Below are positions 60,790 to 64,000 of a DNA stretch of 64,000 bases, piece after piece. The stretch comes from Camelus dromedarius (taxonomy: Eukaryota). Where the stretch lies: the NCBI RefSeq assembly GCF_036321535.1, contig NC_087436.1, positions 53,818,001-53,882,000 on the forward strand. The letters are read 5' to 3'. Position numbers and translations under genes: made by a program. Position 1 is the first letter of the stretch. Each line of letters begins with the position of its first letter. The notes beneath the pieces are model-generated. The model was not told where the DNA came from, ran no database searches, and saw only the letters and a list, made by a program, of their open reading frames with translations.

Positions 60790-61010
60790 GTTTATTGTTG
60801 ACCATGGGCCAGGCGTTGTACTGAGGGCTTCACCTAGTTACCTCCTTTGATGATCTTTTTCTAAATCATCATAAACACTAAGAATTAGCACCATGAGTAG
60901 TAGCTCCATTTCCAGCTGTGGGAACAGATTCCTGAAGTGGCAGTCACTCCAGGTTGACACAGCAGTGAATAGTTAGTAGGACTGGATTTGAGTTGAAACA
61001 GGTTCCTAAA
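60790..61010 (-). mobile_element. MIR SINE fragment
   Basis: 'gtttattgttgaccatgggccaggcgttgtactgagggcttcac...gtaggactggatttga'. Confidence 0.55.
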
Positions 61011-64000
61011 GGCCAGGTGACACAGCTCCTCTCTCGTGGGTGTTCCCGTTCTCCTGAGTGCTTTCTCATTTCCACTGTCTGTCATCCTCATACTTTTGTC
61101 AGATGTGATAAAGGGCATTTTGAGTGGGTATATCACAGATCCCAAATAAACAGACCCAGAGGCCATAACACAGGTTGAGATTTTTGGCAAATCACATCAC
61201 TTGCGTAAAGGTAGGTGGCGATCACGCAGGGCGTTGGAGGTCAGTTTTGGAGCAATGCTGCTAGGGATAGATGTGTAGTTTATACCGCAGAGACCTTGGA
61301 GCTGGGAGAAACCACATGATGAGGGGACTTGCAGTTTCAGGGGGGAGAAGATTAAGGATTCTGGTTGGCAAGTCTCTTGGAAAATTTAAGGGCAGTAAAC
61401 ATTTTACATTCAGTACATGGGTACCTTTTGGATGAGGTGATCCAGGTACTTGGAAACACTTAACTATAGTGAGTGAGCATTGTGGTTGATAAGCGGGGTT
61501 GACACTGATTTTCTCTTCTGTGTTACCAGAAACATGAAAAAGACAGATGAATTTTTTTTAAATTGAGTGTTAGGTTTTGGTACAAACAGAATATAAAATG
61601 ATTGAATACCTGGATAGAAGACTTATTAAAAAGGAATAGCTAAGTTTATGCTAGAAAAAAATCATCAGTCATGACACTTTTTGGATCAAAGTGTCATGAA
61701 AATCAAAGATAATCAGTGCCTTCAGAAAATCTAATTTGATTGATGTACAACTGTTATTTTCCTTTTCTAAAAAAAGACACATTTTGTGGATATTAACTTG
61801 GCAATACAACTTTACATAACTTTTGTAGCATTACAGGTTGATTTTGAGTTAATTGAACATTTTGAAGTTTTAATATCATTGGGAAAGAAGATATGTGCAC
61901 ATGAACTTAGATGAAAAGAAAAAAATTAATACTGTTTGGTTTTTTAAAAAAGGTTCTTTTGTAAATAATGTGAATCTCTGTTATGAAGAAATATACTAGG
62001 CCTTCAGAAATAAAATAACCTTTCTCCTTTTTTTTCTTTCAAGGCAGATGAATGCGGATGCATTGTTCCCATTCATCTGGATAAAATGTTCAGGGTGTTG
62101 TTTCGAATGAAAGAGAAAAAGTTCACAGAATATTGTGTTAAGGTGCTGATCATTTAGGAAAAAAAAATATTTTTTAACTCTCAGGAAATTTTTTTCATTA
62201 GTTAGGACATGTGGAAGAGTTGGAATATTATCCCTGACCCTCCCTTTCTATCTGAAGAAACTCAGATAAACCTCAATGGCTCTGACTGGCAAAATCGCTC
62301 ATTAAGTAATCACAGATCCTTGTCTTAAGTAGGAAGAGAAGAAATTAAACAGAAGGAGCTGGGGAACAGTGTTCCCTAGGGGCTCACAGACATTTGTGTG
62401 TTGGAGAGTTTCAGTCTGAAAGATGAGCATTTCTGTGTCTCATTGGGAAAGGGGGAGTATGGGCTCTTTCTTCTTTAAAAACAAACTCATCCCCTTCCCC
62501 CTGCCCCATCCCATTACAGGTACACTGTGTGTTCCAGTCATTCCCCCAAACTTAGAAAACCTGTATATGAATATGAAACAGTGTGTGTGCATAATGCTTG
62601 TCCCTGCTGATTTTTATATATTTTTAACAATTTCCATATTTTTTGTGTTTTCCAAAAATTTGTGTCTGTGTATCCACACCTTTTTCACGTTTAGTTTGTG
62701 CTTTACTTTTTCATCTGCCGGTACCTAGTGAATTTTCCTCTGTACCACTAGATATTCCCTGCAGAGGGGAGTTGTGGGCTGAGAGCTTCTGTGGCTTTAG
62801 CGAGCCCCGACTTGTCCATCTCCATTCGGCACTCTGTGTTCCAGTGTCTCCTGTGCTCTCAGCTCCTGCATCATGTTCTGTGCTTTTAATCTTAATGGTA
62901 GCCTCCCCCCTTTTAAAATTTAGATGGATTTTAATGTATTGGAAAGTGGGCAAAGACCATTTTCACTCGATTACAAAGAGGAGCCTTCTTTGGGCTGAAC
63001 AATCTCTAACGTCTTCAGTAATATTATCATTTATTGTGTGTCTGTTGTGGGGCTCAGGCCCCTTGCTAAGCACCCTTCCTGCTTTCACATTGTATTTATA
63101 GCTACCCTGGCTGGGAGGTGGTGTTCTTGTTTTAGAAAAAGATGAAACCAGGGCTGAAAGCAAGGTGTGAGGCCAGGCCAGGACTGGAAGCCCCCTCTGT
63201 CTCTCTGACCTTTTACTTGCGACTCGCTGGGACATCGTGGTGGGCAGCAGGGGAGAAATGTTGGTAGGCACTTGGTGAACCACTGCAGCTCTGCTAACCA
63301 TTAACGGGGCCCCGATGGACTGGGAATCGGATTCATTAAAAGACCTAGTCCTAGAGGTCTCTGGGAGAATGTTCAAGATCTCTGAGGAGGGTAACTGTTA
63401 ACAATCTCCTAAGAATTAGTCTTAGGCTACACGCATGCGAGGAAGGTAAATAACCTTGACGCAGACAGGAGAAGAGCCTTTAACAAAATCTCTCATCTCT
63501 CAGGAGGAACCCTACGTGTCATTAGCAGTTGGTAAGTTTAGACAAAATAAAAGAACTGCAACTCAACTTCAGGAAGGCAGTGAAACACGATGTGCTAAAA
63601 CCTGTAAAGGTTTGAGAGGTTGATTGTTTTGGTGACAGGGGTCAATTTAAGGATTAATGAGTCAAGAGATCTACAAAGTTAAAATTTCCTTTCTTTGCAC
63701 TATTCAGTTCTGTTCAGCAAATACTTCCCCAGGCCAAATGGAACCATTAGCCTGACTTCTAGCCTTCTTTTAAATGATGAAATTGTGGCCAGCTTTGTGA
63801 ATGTAATTTCTGCTTGACTCTGGGGACCATGGGTCAGATGAATTTTCTAATGCCTTAAGGGAAGTTGGTTGATGAAGAACTGGTTTCTCTGGGTCTCACC
63901 CGTGGTGTTAATGACCCATTTCTACCATGAGATTCTGATGTTTTTCAGTTACCGAAATGTGTTAGTGTTCTCTGTCATGTAATTTTAAATCATAGGCACA

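Noticed and set aside
1..64000. Naming the host gene
   Set aside because: No coding exon that I recognise lies in the window; a BLAT of unique blocks (8.6-9.4 kb, 53.6-53.9 kb) against human or cow is needed.

Overview
This is 64 kb of mammalian, mostly intronic or non-coding DNA. It most likely comes from a camelid (camel, alpaca or vicuna), because it carries eight copies of a tRNA-derived SINE with the vic-1-type architecture and young cetartiodactyl-type L1 3' ends; this is an inference from repeat families recalled from memory. I recognise no protein-coding exon of a known gene and cannot name the host gene. T/G-rich + strand composition and + strand splice signals suggest a large + strand transcription unit. 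Most recognisable content is interspersed repeats: L1, L2, L3, MIR, LTR40, MLT1, MER5/MER102/MER113, MER8 and MER104. Non-repeat highlights are (1) a small CpG-dense promoter or first exon at about 8.8-9.0 kb built on an 18-bp periodic GCGTGCGG repeat; (2) an unexplained 78-bp element duplicated 3 kb apart (5049 and 8060), each copy bounded by AG...GT with the same 77-nt length; (3) a CpG-retaining, coding-like island at about 57.5-58.4 kb, readable either as a frameshifted two-transmembrane first exon on + or as a small spliced antisense gene on -; (4) several candidate cassette or first exons; and (5) a compound VNTR at 41.6 kb. Repeat subfamily names come from recalled consensus features, not a database search, and their boundaries are approximate unless a TSD is given.
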